Assembly: GCA_965198225.1 (NCBI GenBank)
Contig: CBDAOY010000004.1
Coordinates: 1 to 64,000 of the forward strand
Source of the DNA: Terriglobia bacterium
GTDB lineage: Bacteria; Acidobacteriota; Terriglobia; 20CM-2-55-15
Length of the DNA: 64,000 nt
Direction: 5' to 3'
The notes under the pieces are model-generated. The model saw only the letters and a list, made by a program, of their open reading frames with translations. It was not told the origin of the DNA and did no database searches. Made by a program: the position numbers and the translations under genes. Numbering within the stretch: the stretch's first letter is position 1; each line of letters starts with the position of its first letter. Below, piece by piece: positions 10,923 through 20,450 of this stretch.

Positions 10923-11234
10923 TTATGCCGTTTTTCGGGATTTGCGTTCGCGAACCACGTCAAGGACGGCTTCCGGGTGTTTCGCCGCTACTCGCAGTAG
11001 GACTTTGGCGGGACCCTCCGGACTTCGACGTCCTTGTTCCCAGTTGCGGAGGGTGGCAACGCTGATGCCGATCAGACGTGCGAACTTCTCTTGCGAAAGC
11101 CCGTACAACTGGCGGATCTTTCGAGCATCCGGCTCCTCGACTGAGAACACCCTCGAAGGCTTTCGCTCTCCACGCATGATCTGTCCGCCCTGGCGAACAC
11201 TTTCCAGTAGTTCTTCGAACACGTCCTTTTTCAT
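10923..11234 (-). CDS. HTH XRE antitoxin (HigA/NadS-like)
   Basis: LSQEKFARLIGISVATLRNWEQGRRSPEGPA; overlaps the toxin stop. Confidence 0.9.
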   Translation of the reverse strand: MKKDVFEELLESVRQGGQIMRGERKPSRVFSVEEPDARKIRQLYGLSQEKFARLIGISVATLRNWEQGRRSPEGPAKVLLRVAAKHPEAVLDVVRERKSRKTA

Positions 11235-11548
11235 CTCAATTCACTCTCCACGACAATCCGGAGTTTCTTCAACTGTTCCGCACTAAGATCCGCTCGTTCG
11301 TTCTTGAGGAAGATGAACAGCATCAGAATCCTGTCGAACTCCGGAAACCACTGATAGATAATTCTGGTTCCGCCGCGCTTACCGCGACCGCTGGCTGCCC
11401 AGCGGAGCTTCCGTATACCCCCACTCCTGGGAATAACTGTGCCGATTCCAGGCGAAGCTACCAACGCGGTTTGAAGCAGTCGGTACTGTTCCTCATCGAG
11501 AGCCTGACGTACACGTTTAGTGAAGATCGGAGTCTCGACGATGAGCAC
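11231..11548 (-). CDS. RelE/HigB family toxin
   Basis: IVETPIF, GGIRKLRW..GRGKRGGTRIIY, KNERADL; toxin upstream of antitoxin. Confidence 0.9.
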   Translation of the reverse strand: MLIVETPIFTKRVRQALDEEQYRLLQTALVASPGIGTVIPRSGGIRKLRWAASGRGKRGGTRIIYQWFPEFDRILMLFIFLKNERADLSAEQLKKLRIVVESELR

Positions 11549-11747
11549 AACTAATAGTACGCCAATGGCGCACCCAGCGCAACTTTGTGCTCAGCAAGGT
11601 CGGTACAACCAGTTCTCTCTGCGCAGGACTCAGCGGGCGCGTTCTCGAGTTGTCCAGCCGGTTCTGCTTGAGCACGCACTCGATCACATCGTTCTCCCTC
11701 CCTTGTGGCTTCTCGCCCGCGATCTGAGCGCATGGGTCGGGCTATGT

Positions 11748-12923
11748 TCAGCGCCGGATCCGTTGAACATCCAGGAGCCTCCGGCGGACTTCATCGGCAC
11801 GGCCGGCCTCCTCGAGCCTTTCCCAGAGACGCCCGATCTCGCGGGAATCCACGAATCCAGGGACCGAAGTCTGCCAGCCCTGGGCGGAGCGGAAGCGATC
11901 GACCGCCTCGACTGCCTCCTGCGTATAAATGTTGGCTTGCTCCGCTGCGACGTCGAACTCCGCTTCGTCCGGGCGGAAGTAGCCGAGCGCGTGCAGCATC
12001 ATCTTGAGCTGGAGAATGTCGCGGCCCATGAATTGCTCGATCTTCCTGAAGCCGAGAGTTTCGCTGGCTGTGTTGTAGATCCGACGCAGCTCTCCCACGG
12101 GTTCGGTATGTTCGCAGACGTTGATGTCGACGGTCTGCCCGTCCGGGCGCCGGGCCATTCCCGGCCTGGGGTCGGCCACGAGCACGGCGGCCGATTGCGT
12201 CTCTCCGTGGCGACCGTCGCCCCCGAGCATGTGGCCGGCGTTCAACGCCTCGATCAGGCGGTCGGCAAGGTGCCGGGCGGACGGCTCGCTCGCCTGGAAA
12301 GCAGCCGCTACCGCCTCGACGACCTCGGGGCTCACCAGGGAGTTGCCCTGCACGGCAAAGGTGTCCCCCTTCCGCTCCGCCACCCAATCGCCCTGTTCCT
12401 CAGCACCATACTGTCCCGACCCGGTCCACTGGGCTGAGCGTCCGTCCATTCCGATGACGCCGACCTGCCGCCTTTCCCTTCCCGAATCCGCCTCGACTAC
12501 ACGGTCGAGAGCGTCCTGGGGAGCGACGCCCTGGGCCAGCAGGTCGAGCAGGTCGGGGCCGTACTCGACCCTGGTGCCCCCCTGCGTCGCGACCGCGCCT
12601 ACGCCGGCCCTCACCCATGGAACGGCGTTGCCCACACAGGGATTCCTGGTCGTGACGGCGACGCCGGTTTCCCCCGTTCTGGGATCGACCGCCACGATCG
12701 AAAAGGTGTGGAACTCGAGGTCCGGCCCCCACGCAACCGGCTCCTGGGCGAGGAGCGGCGTGACGAGCAGGAACGTGACCGCAAAGCCTCCGAACCACGA
12801 CCCTCTGGAGGTAATGGAACCTCCCCGCGGTTGCTCCCGCATGCGGACACGCGTTTCGATCCAACGGTTCGAAGCGACTCGAAAGATAGACTTGAACGTT
12901 TTCATTTTCGCCTCCGGTGTCAA
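11748..12923 (-). CDS. DUF1028 Ntn-hydrolase-like protein with C-terminal peptidoglycan-binding-like domain (start uncertain)
   Basis: HTFSIVAVDP, GVGAVATQ, RQVGVI, AVQGN, GGDGR..QSAA. Confidence 0.85.
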   Translation of the reverse strand: MTPEAKMKTFKSIFRVASNRWIETRVRMREQPRGGSITSRGSWFGGFAVTFLLVTPLLAQEPVAWGPDLEFHTFSIVAVDPRTGETGVAVTTRNPCVGNAVPWVRAGVGAVATQGGTRVEYGPDLLDLLAQGVAPQDALDRVVEADSGRERRQVGVIGMDGRSAQWTGSGQYGAEEQGDWVAERKGDTFAVQGNSLVSPEVVEAVAAAFQASEPSARHLADRLIEALNAGHMLGGDGRHGETQSAAVLVADPRPGMARRPDGQTVDINVCEHTEPVGELRRIYNTASETLGFRKIEQFMGRDILQLKMMLHALGYFRPDEAEFDVAAEQANIYTQEAVEAVDRFRSAQGWQTSVPGFVDSREIGRLWERLEEAGRADEVRRRLLDVQRIRR

Positions 12924-13216
12924 CTAAGCGAATGGTCGTTCTACACGAAGACCAACGACCCGCCAATGCCGGCAAAGTGAGGACGCTGCACAGGCCGCCA
13001 CGCTCTTCCGCAACATCTACCACAATAGGCGGCGCGTCAACCAAAAGGGAATGGTCTCCGGTTGCGCGACGAGTGTTAACCCGTCCTACCCGGGTTTCGA
13101 CCGCAACCTCTCGAGTGGTCGTTCGTCGAGCTGACCTGCCACTTGGTTCAGATTGCGGGTCCACCGATAAGTCCGTTACCGCGCCAAACTGAGACAGCTC
13201 TATACTAGTGGCCTGT

Positions 13217-14092
13217 ATGTCGAAGCTCTCGGAACCATCCATTACGGAAACGACTGACAGAATAAAGGCGCTGGGGCTGAAGGCGGGCGCCAAGGTCATT
13301 GGCATCGCCGACGTAAAGGCCTTCAATGAATATGTGCCCAGCGGCCACCGGCCGGCCGACATTTTGCCGGGCGCCCGGTCTGTGGTGGTAGCGGGCTGCC
13401 AGGGCCCCACTGCCGGCGCGTGGCGTTGTGAAAACCACCGTGTCATGGAGATCACCGGTTACGACTTTCGTGAGAACATCGCCGTCCACGCCATCTCGGA
13501 CTTCATTACCGATCAATTGGGATACCAGGCTGTCCAAGGACCGGCGATGCCCACCGAGGGTCACCGGCCGCCGATGAGCATGATGCTGGCGGCGGTTTTG
13601 TCGGGGCTTGGCACGCGATCGCTGGCTGCCAACATTATTCTGAATCCAACATATGGGCTGCTCTACTACGCGGCCCTGATTACCACGCTGCCCCTCATTG
13701 CCGATCAACAGCTGGATGAGAATGTCTGCCCCGCCCCCATGTGCGTGAAAGTCTACGAAGCGTCGGGCAAAACACCGTGTATGGCTTCCTGTCCGGCTGA
13801 TGAGGGTGGCTGCCTTGACGGGAAACTCGATGAAAACGGCCGGATTGAAAGTTCCTACTATGACCGTGAGCGGTGTCACGCCCGCTCGATGACGTATGGA
13901 ATGGGCAGCTTTCAAAAATCGCTGCTGGACGTCATCGATCAGGACGATTCGGACAAGCGCAAGTCGATGATCTATTCCGATTTCTTCACTGACAACCTGA
14001 CAGCCATTAGCTTCTTCAAAGACTCCGTCGCCCAGTGTTTCGAATGCATGCGGGTCTGCCCGGTCGGGAAGACTACGAGGACCTTGAAATGA
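13217..14092 (+). CDS. QueG/reductive-dehalogenase-like cobalamin and Fe-S protein, paralog 1
   Basis: IGIAD..HRPADILPGARSVVV, AAVLSGLG..ILNPTYG..LITTLPL; Cx4Cx11Cx3CP...C...Cx2Cx3CP. Confidence 0.75.
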   Translation: MSKLSEPSITETTDRIKALGLKAGAKVIGIADVKAFNEYVPSGHRPADILPGARSVVVAGCQGPTAGAWRCENHRVMEITGYDFRENIAVHAISDFITDQLGYQAVQGPAMPTEGHRPPMSMMLAAVLSGLGTRSLAANIILNPTYGLLYYAALITTLPLIADQQLDENVCPAPMCVKVYEASGKTPCMASCPADEGGCLDGKLDENGRIESSYYDRERCHARSMTYGMGSFQKSLLDVIDQDDSDKRKSMIYSDFFTDNLTAISFFKDSVAQCFECMRVCPVGKTTRTLK

Positions 14093-14949
14093 CAGACTCT
14101 GCCCTCGATTCCGACGCGGCGAAACAGGAAATCATCGCCTACGCAAAAAAGGGCGGCGCGCTGGTAGCTGGGGTCGCCGATGTGGCCGACTTTTCACGCA
14201 GCGCGACTATCGCCCACCCGGATGAACTCTTGCCCAATGCCAAAAGCGTAGTGGTGCTGGGCGGGGCCAGGCCTCGCGCGGGCGACTGGGAAAGCCCGTC
14301 TCCTGAGCTGATGAGCACGATGGGGACCTCGGACCGCATCAATTCACTTGCGCTGAAAGTCGCCAAATTTATCGAGAGTCGTTTTGCCTACTACGCTCTC
14401 TTCGTTCCCACGGGCAAGGACCGAGGCAACCGGCCATTTATGAATGTTACAGAAGCGGCTGTATTGGCCGGCTGCGGTAATACAAGCCTGGCGGGGCCGG
14501 TGCTGAGTAATGAATTCGGCTTTATGTATTACAGCGCACTGGTGACGACCCTGCCTCTGCCCAAGGATCAAATACAAGAGCCCGCCTGCCCGGCGCCGGA
14601 ATGTGTCACGATGTATGAGGAAAGCCAGACAACCCCGTGCATGGCAATTTGTCCCATCGACGATGGCGGATGCATCGGCGGGCGCATTGAAGAAGAGGCC
14701 TTTAAAGATCGACGTTTTAACGCGGCGCGCTGTGAAACCCGCGTGCATACGAACTGGGTGCCTGGTTTTCAAAAAGTGCTTGAAGAAGCCCTGAATGAAG
14801 AAGACCGTGAAAAGCGAAAAATGATTTTATATGGCAGCCACTTCACCCGAACACTATGGTCGATCACGTATTCGAACCAGAATCAGAATCAATGTTTTGA
14901 ATGCATGCGAGTATGTCCGGCCAGCCGCGAAATGGGCTCACACAAATAA
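14089..14949 (+). CDS. QueG/reductive-dehalogenase-like cobalamin and Fe-S protein, paralog 2
   Basis: ATGA overlap with paralog 1; AGVAD..HPDELLPNAKSVVV, AAVLAGCG, same Cys pattern ending QCFECMRVCP. Confidence 0.75.
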   Translation: MTDSALDSDAAKQEIIAYAKKGGALVAGVADVADFSRSATIAHPDELLPNAKSVVVLGGARPRAGDWESPSPELMSTMGTSDRINSLALKVAKFIESRFAYYALFVPTGKDRGNRPFMNVTEAAVLAGCGNTSLAGPVLSNEFGFMYYSALVTTLPLPKDQIQEPACPAPECVTMYEESQTTPCMAICPIDDGGCIGGRIEEEAFKDRRFNAARCETRVHTNWVPGFQKVLEEALNEEDREKRKMILYGSHFTRTLWSITYSNQNQNQCFECMRVCPASREMGSHK

Positions 14950-14958
14950 AGAGGACTG

Positions 14959-15306
14959 ATGACCTTTTTCTTCGTGGATCCGGAAGTCTACAAAAAACAT
15001 CGTGACAAAGTCCTGGAGCTCTCGGACTCCTATCAAATTGATATTCATGAGTTCCTGCCCGCCGAGAAGCGCACGACGCCTCTATCGGACGCGCAGATAG
15101 CGGAGAAACTCGGACTTGATGAGCGGACTGTCCGGGAAATCCGAGTTGTAGCTGAACGCGACGCGTACGGACTGGATGAATGGGAAAAAGCTATCGAGTT
15201 CAAGAAAAAGGCTTGTGAAGAGTACGCGAAGAAAGGCGTGTCTTATGCCACGCGCAAGTATGTGGAAAAACGAAAAGAGTCCGGCAAGAAGGAAAATGAA
15301 AGCTAG
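14959..15306 (+). CDS. Small charged protein with HTH-like segment
   Basis: AGAGG RBS 9 bp after the previous stop; PLSDAQIAEKLGLDERTVREIR. Confidence 0.7.
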   Translation: MTFFFVDPEVYKKHRDKVLELSDSYQIDIHEFLPAEKRTTPLSDAQIAEKLGLDERTVREIRVVAERDAYGLDEWEKAIEFKKKACEEYAKKGVSYATRKYVEKRKESGKKENES

Positions 15307-16843
15307 GAGTCTGCGCGGCAGAGCGCAAAGAACTCGGACTGATTGGGATTTGAGAGGGTCTTCGGAGGAGAATCGACCGATTCTTCCGATACGACGAGTT
15401 CAGAGTTGTACGGACACCCGTAATTGGCCGTGTATCGGGTCTGCCGGGTTGCGGTTTTCCGGATTATGCCCATTCGATCTTCCCGTTCATCCGTCGTAAG
15501 TTCACCGCCAGAGTGACCAGATTCCACTCCCCGGTCACTTTGTCCAAACCGCGTAGACTGAACTGTCGGAATCCGAGCACCGACTTGATCCACCCGAAGG
15601 GCGGCTCACCAATGTGCTTTCGGGCCCGGTAGCGGTCACGCCCACGCTTGGTTTTCATCTTTCTCATCATCCGACCAACAGCGGTGTCTTTGGGTGGGAG
15701 TGGGGCACGGGCGAGATCCTTCTCGCGACCCATCGCAACATACCCGTCAATCTGACGTTGTTCCAACATCCCCAGATTTGACTCGGATCGATATCCCGCA
15801 TCGGCCAGCACGCGGTCGGGACGCTCCCCCAGATTGTCGCTCAACGCATCCAGCGTGGGTTCCAACTGCCCCACATCCGATGCATTGTCAGTCACCGTTG
15901 TTGCCACGATGATCCGGGCCTGGGAATCCACCACCGCTTGCGCGTTGTAGCATTGCTGGAACCCCTCGGTGGAGGTCTTCATCATCCGGCTTTCCGGGTC
16001 GGTGAAGTTGTCCTGGGCCGTGGGTTTAGGTTCCCCCATGGGACGTTTGAATGGCTTCTTTCCGCATCCGGGTTTGTGATCTTTGGTGTTCCGTCCCGCT
16101 TCCTTGTCCGCGGCCATCTGACGTTCTTCGAGCCGCTTCATGGCCGCCTGTATCGTGGCCAGGCGCTTCTTGCGCGTGGCCAACCCGTCGGGCAGTTCGT
16201 CTCCGCGCCGGTCCTTGCCGTATCGCTCGTCTTCGTCCTCATCGGTCGCCTCGGCCCGGTTCAACAGATCCCGAATCTGTTCACCCAATTCGGTCTCCTG
16301 CTTTTTCATGCGTTCGTAGCTCATCGCTTTGCGTTTGCTTGCATTCGCCCGCATCTTGGTCCCGTCCACCGCCACGGTTCCCATCTTCACCAGTCCCGCT
16401 TCCCGCGCCATCATCACCACTTGCACAAACAGGTTTCCGAACTCCTCAAGATGCAGTTTGCGAAAATCCGAGATCGTTCGGTGCGCCGGAAAGTTCTCCG
16501 CTCCCAACATCCGGAACGCTACGTCGTCGGTCAACTTCGCCGCGATCTTCCTGGACGAGAACACTCCGGTCGCGTACCCATAAATCAGCACCTTCACCAT
16601 CATCCGCGGATCAAACGCCTGATTGCCCGGACCCTCGGTTCCATACCGCTGTTCGAACGCGCTCAAATCCATCGCGTCCACCGCGTCCGATATGAAGTAC
16701 GACAGGTGATCTTCGGCCAACCAATCTCTCAACGACGGTGGCATCAGCAGTGTTTGTTCTGGGCTATAAGTCCGATAGGTTCGTGCCATGACATATCTTC
16801 GATCTTTATCCGCCCAATTCCGGTCCTTCTGCCGCGCAGACTC
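15307..16843 (-). mobile_element. IS1182-family insertion sequence, apparently intact
   Basis: Perfect 16-bp terminal IRs gagtctgcgcggcaga (15307-15322 / 16828-16843); CTAG direct repeats at 15303-15306 and 16844-16847. Confidence 0.92.
15464..16789 (-). CDS. IS1182-family DDE transposase
   Basis: DPRMMVKVLIYGY..SSRKI, VAVDGTKMRANAS, TDPESRMM, YNAQ, LADAGY, EPPFGWIK. Confidence 0.93.
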   Translation of the reverse strand: MARTYRTYSPEQTLLMPPSLRDWLAEDHLSYFISDAVDAMDLSAFEQRYGTEGPGNQAFDPRMMVKVLIYGYATGVFSSRKIAAKLTDDVAFRMLGAENFPAHRTISDFRKLHLEEFGNLFVQVVMMAREAGLVKMGTVAVDGTKMRANASKRKAMSYERMKKQETELGEQIRDLLNRAEATDEDEDERYGKDRRGDELPDGLATRKKRLATIQAAMKRLEERQMAADKEAGRNTKDHKPGCGKKPFKRPMGEPKPTAQDNFTDPESRMMKTSTEGFQQCYNAQAVVDSQARIIVATTVTDNASDVGQLEPTLDALSDNLGERPDRVLADAGYRSESNLGMLEQRQIDGYVAMGREKDLARAPLPPKDTAVGRMMRKMKTKRGRDRYRARKHIGEPPFGWIKSVLGFRQFSLRGLDKVTGEWNLVTLAVNLRRMNGKIEWA

Positions 16844-17113
16844 CTAGTGGCCTGTAACAGAGAGAGTGATAGTGGCGTTGCGAGCGCAACGGTACCGGAT
16901 ACTAGGAGCGCCGCGCGAGTTAATGCTGCTTCATTGCGAGAAGGCGCGACGACGAAGACGGTGCTGTTCCGCCGCAACCCGAAGGGACGATGGGCCTTGC
17001 CAGCCATGCAGAGGAGTTCGGAAACAGCGATGTTTTCCCATCTGCGACGAGTTGGGAGAGGGCCCGCAAGGCCCATCGGCGACGCTGTCACTATCTCTGT
17101 TACAGGCTAGTAG
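16844..17113. mobile_element. MITE-like non-coding element with CTAG ends and nested inverted repeats
   Basis: Ends ctagtggcctgtaacagaga..gtgatagtggcgt / acgctgtcactatctctgttacaggctagtag; internal IR cgatgggccttgc / gcaaggcccatcg; solo ends elsewhere in the window. Confidence 0.75.
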
Positions 17114-17234
17114 GCCGCGGCATCTTCAGTTCATGTCGTAGTCCGTCTTCCCCACTGCGACCCGGTAGAAATCGCATTTCTTTATGATTGGTCACTAGAC
17201 ATTTCGTATCCCTGCGTCGAAGTGAGGGTTTCGC

Positions 17235-18884
17235 GTGCCAGGAACAACATCGAAGCAAGTCACAGTTAGCGGCGAGGGCCTGTCGCTGGATGACATCGTC
17301 GCCGTATCGCGGCGGGATTTCCGCACAAAGATCAGCGACGCCGCGCACGTCGGCGAGCGGGTCCTCGCCTCGCAGGAATTCATCGCAAAGGCCGTTGCTT
17401 CTGGCGCCGCTATCTATGGTGTGACAACAGGGGTCGGCGCGAATGCCACACAGGCCATTCCCCAGGACGAAGTCGAGGCGATGCAGAACAATCTGCCCTG
17501 GCTGCTGAAAGCCGGGGCCGGCGAACGCATCGGTCGCGATGCCGTGCGTGCGGGCATGCTCTTGCGCTTGAATTCGCTCCTGCTTGGGGCCTCGGGCATA
17601 CGCATGGAACTTCTGCGACGACTGGAGACTTTCTTGAACGAAGATGTGGTTCCTCATGTCCTGGAACACGGATCCATCGGCGCCAGCGGTGATCTGGTCC
17701 CGCTGGCCTACGTCGCCGGTGCGCTCATCGGCGTGGACGATGACTTCCGGGTAGATCTCAGGGGAGAGGAAATGGGTGCGGTCCAAGCCCTCACTGAGCT
17801 CGGTCTGGATCGTGAGCGTCTACGTGCAAAGGAGGCGCTGGCGCTGATAAACGGGACCTCCATGATGACCGGACTCGCAGCGCTTTGTGTGGCGGACACA
17901 AAGGATCTGCTTTCACTCGCTCACGGCGTGCACGCCCTTGCGATACAGGCGCTGAGCGGTTCGGGCGCCTCTTTTTCCCCCTTCATTCACGAGCAGAAAC
18001 CCCATCCAGGGCAACTGCGCAGTGCGGCCTGGATGCGCTCCCTGCTGGAGGCATCCCGGATGACAACCGAGGGCATGAAGGGGCACTACAAGCAGCCCGC
18101 CAATGCCCTCATACAGGATCGATACTCCCTGCGCTGCCTCCCGCAATTCATGGCGCCGCTCCTGGAAGGCATCGCGCATATCGAGGGACAAATAGAAATC
18201 GAAGTCAACTCGGCAAACGACAACCCTCTCTTCGACGCTGAGACAGAAAGCACCTACAACGGCGGCAACTTTCTCGGACAAGTCGTGGGCGTGGGCATGG
18301 ACCAACTGCGCTTCTACATCGGTCTGATGGCCAAACACCTGGACACACAACTCTCGCTGTTGATGTCACCTGAATTCAGCAATGGACTTCCGATGGCCCT
18401 GAGTGGAGATCCGAACCGCAAATGGAATATGGGACTCAAGGGTCTGCAGCTCCTGGGGAATTCCATGATGCCCATCCTGACCTTTATGGGCAACACGATG
18501 ACAGACCGCTTCCCCACGCACGCCGAACAGTTCAATCAGAACGTCAACAGCCTGGGGTATGGTGCAGCCAATCTCGCAAGACGGTCCGTCGAGACAGCCC
18601 AACAGTACATGGCCCTCGCCCTGCTGATAAGCCTACAGGCAGTAGACCTGAGGACGCGCATGCTGACCCGACACTGCGACGCACGCGTCTGTCTGTCGGC
18701 GAGATGTGCGCCACTCTATGAAGTCGCAAAGGAAATCCTTGCCTGTCCACCCAACAAGGAGGCACCGCTATTGCCCACCGACGACGCGCAGCATGTGGAT
18801 GCTTACGTCGGTGCGCTTGCGCAAGATATCAAACAGGGCGGACGTCTGGTAGAGACGCTCGCGTCATTGCAGGACGTTTCGTGA
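17235..18884 (+). CDS. MIO-dependent aromatic amino acid ammonia-lyase (PAL-like)
   Basis: YGVTTG, SIGASGDL (ASG MIO triad), ALINGT, QDRYSLRC, NDNP, HAEQFNQNVNS. Confidence 0.9.
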   Translation: MPGTTSKQVTVSGEGLSLDDIVAVSRRDFRTKISDAAHVGERVLASQEFIAKAVASGAAIYGVTTGVGANATQAIPQDEVEAMQNNLPWLLKAGAGERIGRDAVRAGMLLRLNSLLLGASGIRMELLRRLETFLNEDVVPHVLEHGSIGASGDLVPLAYVAGALIGVDDDFRVDLRGEEMGAVQALTELGLDRERLRAKEALALINGTSMMTGLAALCVADTKDLLSLAHGVHALAIQALSGSGASFSPFIHEQKPHPGQLRSAAWMRSLLEASRMTTEGMKGHYKQPANALIQDRYSLRCLPQFMAPLLEGIAHIEGQIEIEVNSANDNPLFDAETESTYNGGNFLGQVVGVGMDQLRFYIGLMAKHLDTQLSLLMSPEFSNGLPMALSGDPNRKWNMGLKGLQLLGNSMMPILTFMGNTMTDRFPTHAEQFNQNVNSLGYGAANLARRSVETAQQYMALALLISLQAVDLRTRMLTRHCDARVCLSARCAPLYEVAKEILACPPNKEAPLLPTDDAQHVDAYVGALAQDIKQGGRLVETLASLQDVS

Positions 18885-18964
18885 ATCGTGGATGAGATAG
18901 ACGCTAGAGCATTTCCGCCCAAGCCATCTATTGTGCAGACGGATTTTGCTTCCGAAGTTGATGA

Positions 18965-19360
18965 ATGCCTATCTTCTTTAAAGTATATGAAGAACATGGA
19001 TTGTTTATCAGTTCGTGGGATGGCGCCGTTTCGGATTGCGACCTTCTGCCATCGTATAAACAGTTGTTCGAGAATGAGAAATACAGGCCGGGGTTTCACG
19101 AGATCGCGGATCTGAGACAGGCACAAATGACGACTGTCACGGGCGAAGGGTTACGCCAATTGAATTCAATGGTGGCTCAGTATCTGGCCGGGAAGTGCGA
19201 GGGTTTCAAGACTGCAGTGATTGCTCCTCGAGATCTTCCGTTTGCGCTGGCTCGCCAATATGAAGCATACAGTTCCGAATCGCCTGAGAGTGTCATGGTA
19301 TTCAGGGAGGTAAGTGAAGCTCTCAAATGGATAGGTGTAGATGACTCTTCCATTGAGTGA
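18965..19360 (+). CDS. Hypothetical protein (STAS/SpoIIAA-like fold possible)
   Basis: 131-aa ORF, IADLR..KTAVIAP..FALARQY..VFREVSEALKWI pattern; lower GC. Confidence 0.6.
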   Translation: MPIFFKVYEEHGLFISSWDGAVSDCDLLPSYKQLFENEKYRPGFHEIADLRQAQMTTVTGEGLRQLNSMVAQYLAGKCEGFKTAVIAPRDLPFALARQYEAYSSESPESVMVFREVSEALKWIGVDDSSIE

Positions 19361-19483
19361 TTCGAATTAAGGACCTGTCGTACTCTGCCAGGATTCTCTC
19401 GCCGTAGCTTCCTTCTGCACTAACGCTTGCCGCCTCACTGCCGCCCGGAAACCTGGAAGCCGCACGGACGATCGGCGGGGATC

Positions 19484-20170
19484 CTACTTCTTCCTGGGCT
19501 GCGGCCCGGAGCTGACATGCGGTGCAAGCTCGTCCCACTCGCTCGACGCCACGCAATACAGGCAGAAGTCGCCGTGGTCGTAGATCGAGCAGCTCAACGG
19601 GCCGCGCTTATTCCTATACACGTAGGCTCCGACAAAGGGGGTCCTGGTCGGCCTCACCGGTCTGGTGAGCACCCACGTGATGCCATCCGCGCCGTTCTTG
19701 CCCGTGAGCAGACTGTCGCGCTCCCACTCGTTCTGATTCAGCATGTCAATGCCAAAGAGCTTTGCCACACTCAGCCCGGCGCGCACGGTGCGCTGAAACG
19801 CCCCGGGCTTCTCGCCCGGCATCATCATCGGTCCGGACCCCATGCCGATATACTTTGTCACGCCGGCAGCCTTCATGGCGTTCCAGACGTGCGGGAGGTT
19901 GTGCGTCTTCGGGCGCTTCTTCATGTCGTCGCCGAGCGCCGAGATGACGCCATCGCAGCCCGTAAACGCCTCCTTCAACTTGTCCTCTTCATCCAGTTGT
20001 GCCTCGACCACCGTAGTCGTCGGCTTCACGTGTTTGAACTTGTGCGGCGAACGGGTGACCACCACCGCCCGAACACCGATCTCCTCGGCCCGGGCCAGGA
20101 TCCCCTTTCCGTAGTTTCCGCTGGCGCCGATGATCGCCACCCTAACGGGTTTTCGAACGTTCGTGCTCAT
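19484..20170 (-). CDS. NAD(P)H-binding protein (BVR-B/SDR-like)
   Basis: VAIIGASGNYG, DGVISALG, WVLTRP. Confidence 0.85.
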   Translation of the reverse strand: MSTNVRKPVRVAIIGASGNYGKGILARAEEIGVRAVVVTRSPHKFKHVKPTTTVVEAQLDEEDKLKEAFTGCDGVISALGDDMKKRPKTHNLPHVWNAMKAAGVTKYIGMGSGPMMMPGEKPGAFQRTVRAGLSVAKLFGIDMLNQNEWERDSLLTGKNGADGITWVLTRPVRPTRTPFVGAYVYRNKRGPLSCSIYDHGDFCLYCVASSEWDELAPHVSSGPQPRKK

Positions 20171-20450
20171 GACGTTTGTGTTCTGAACGGTGCATCCCTC
20201 GCAGTCTATCGAAGCATACTGTTATCGGACCCGGAAGTAGCACTTACGTTTCTGACCCGCTGCAGCGTGTGGAGGTAACCGCGGCCGCGACCTCGGGGCA
20301 ACGGCCTGCGTGGCAACCATCGATACAAAGGCAAATACTACGCAGGCTCTAATCAGTGATTTCCTGCTGACGGGACAGCCGATGGGATCCTGACGCCACC
20401 ACTTATGCAAAGACTTGTAACTACGGGCCCGACGGCGCATTGTTGCAGCT

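Noticed and set aside
13217-14949. Respiratory reductive dehalogenase (rdhAB) or queG assignment
   Set aside because: No Tat signal, no membrane anchor gene and atypical Cys spacing, so only family-level similarity is supportable.
19418-19470. gcactaac as the start of an attC site
   Set aside because: No complementary GTTRRRY end or L-boxes could be paired downstream.
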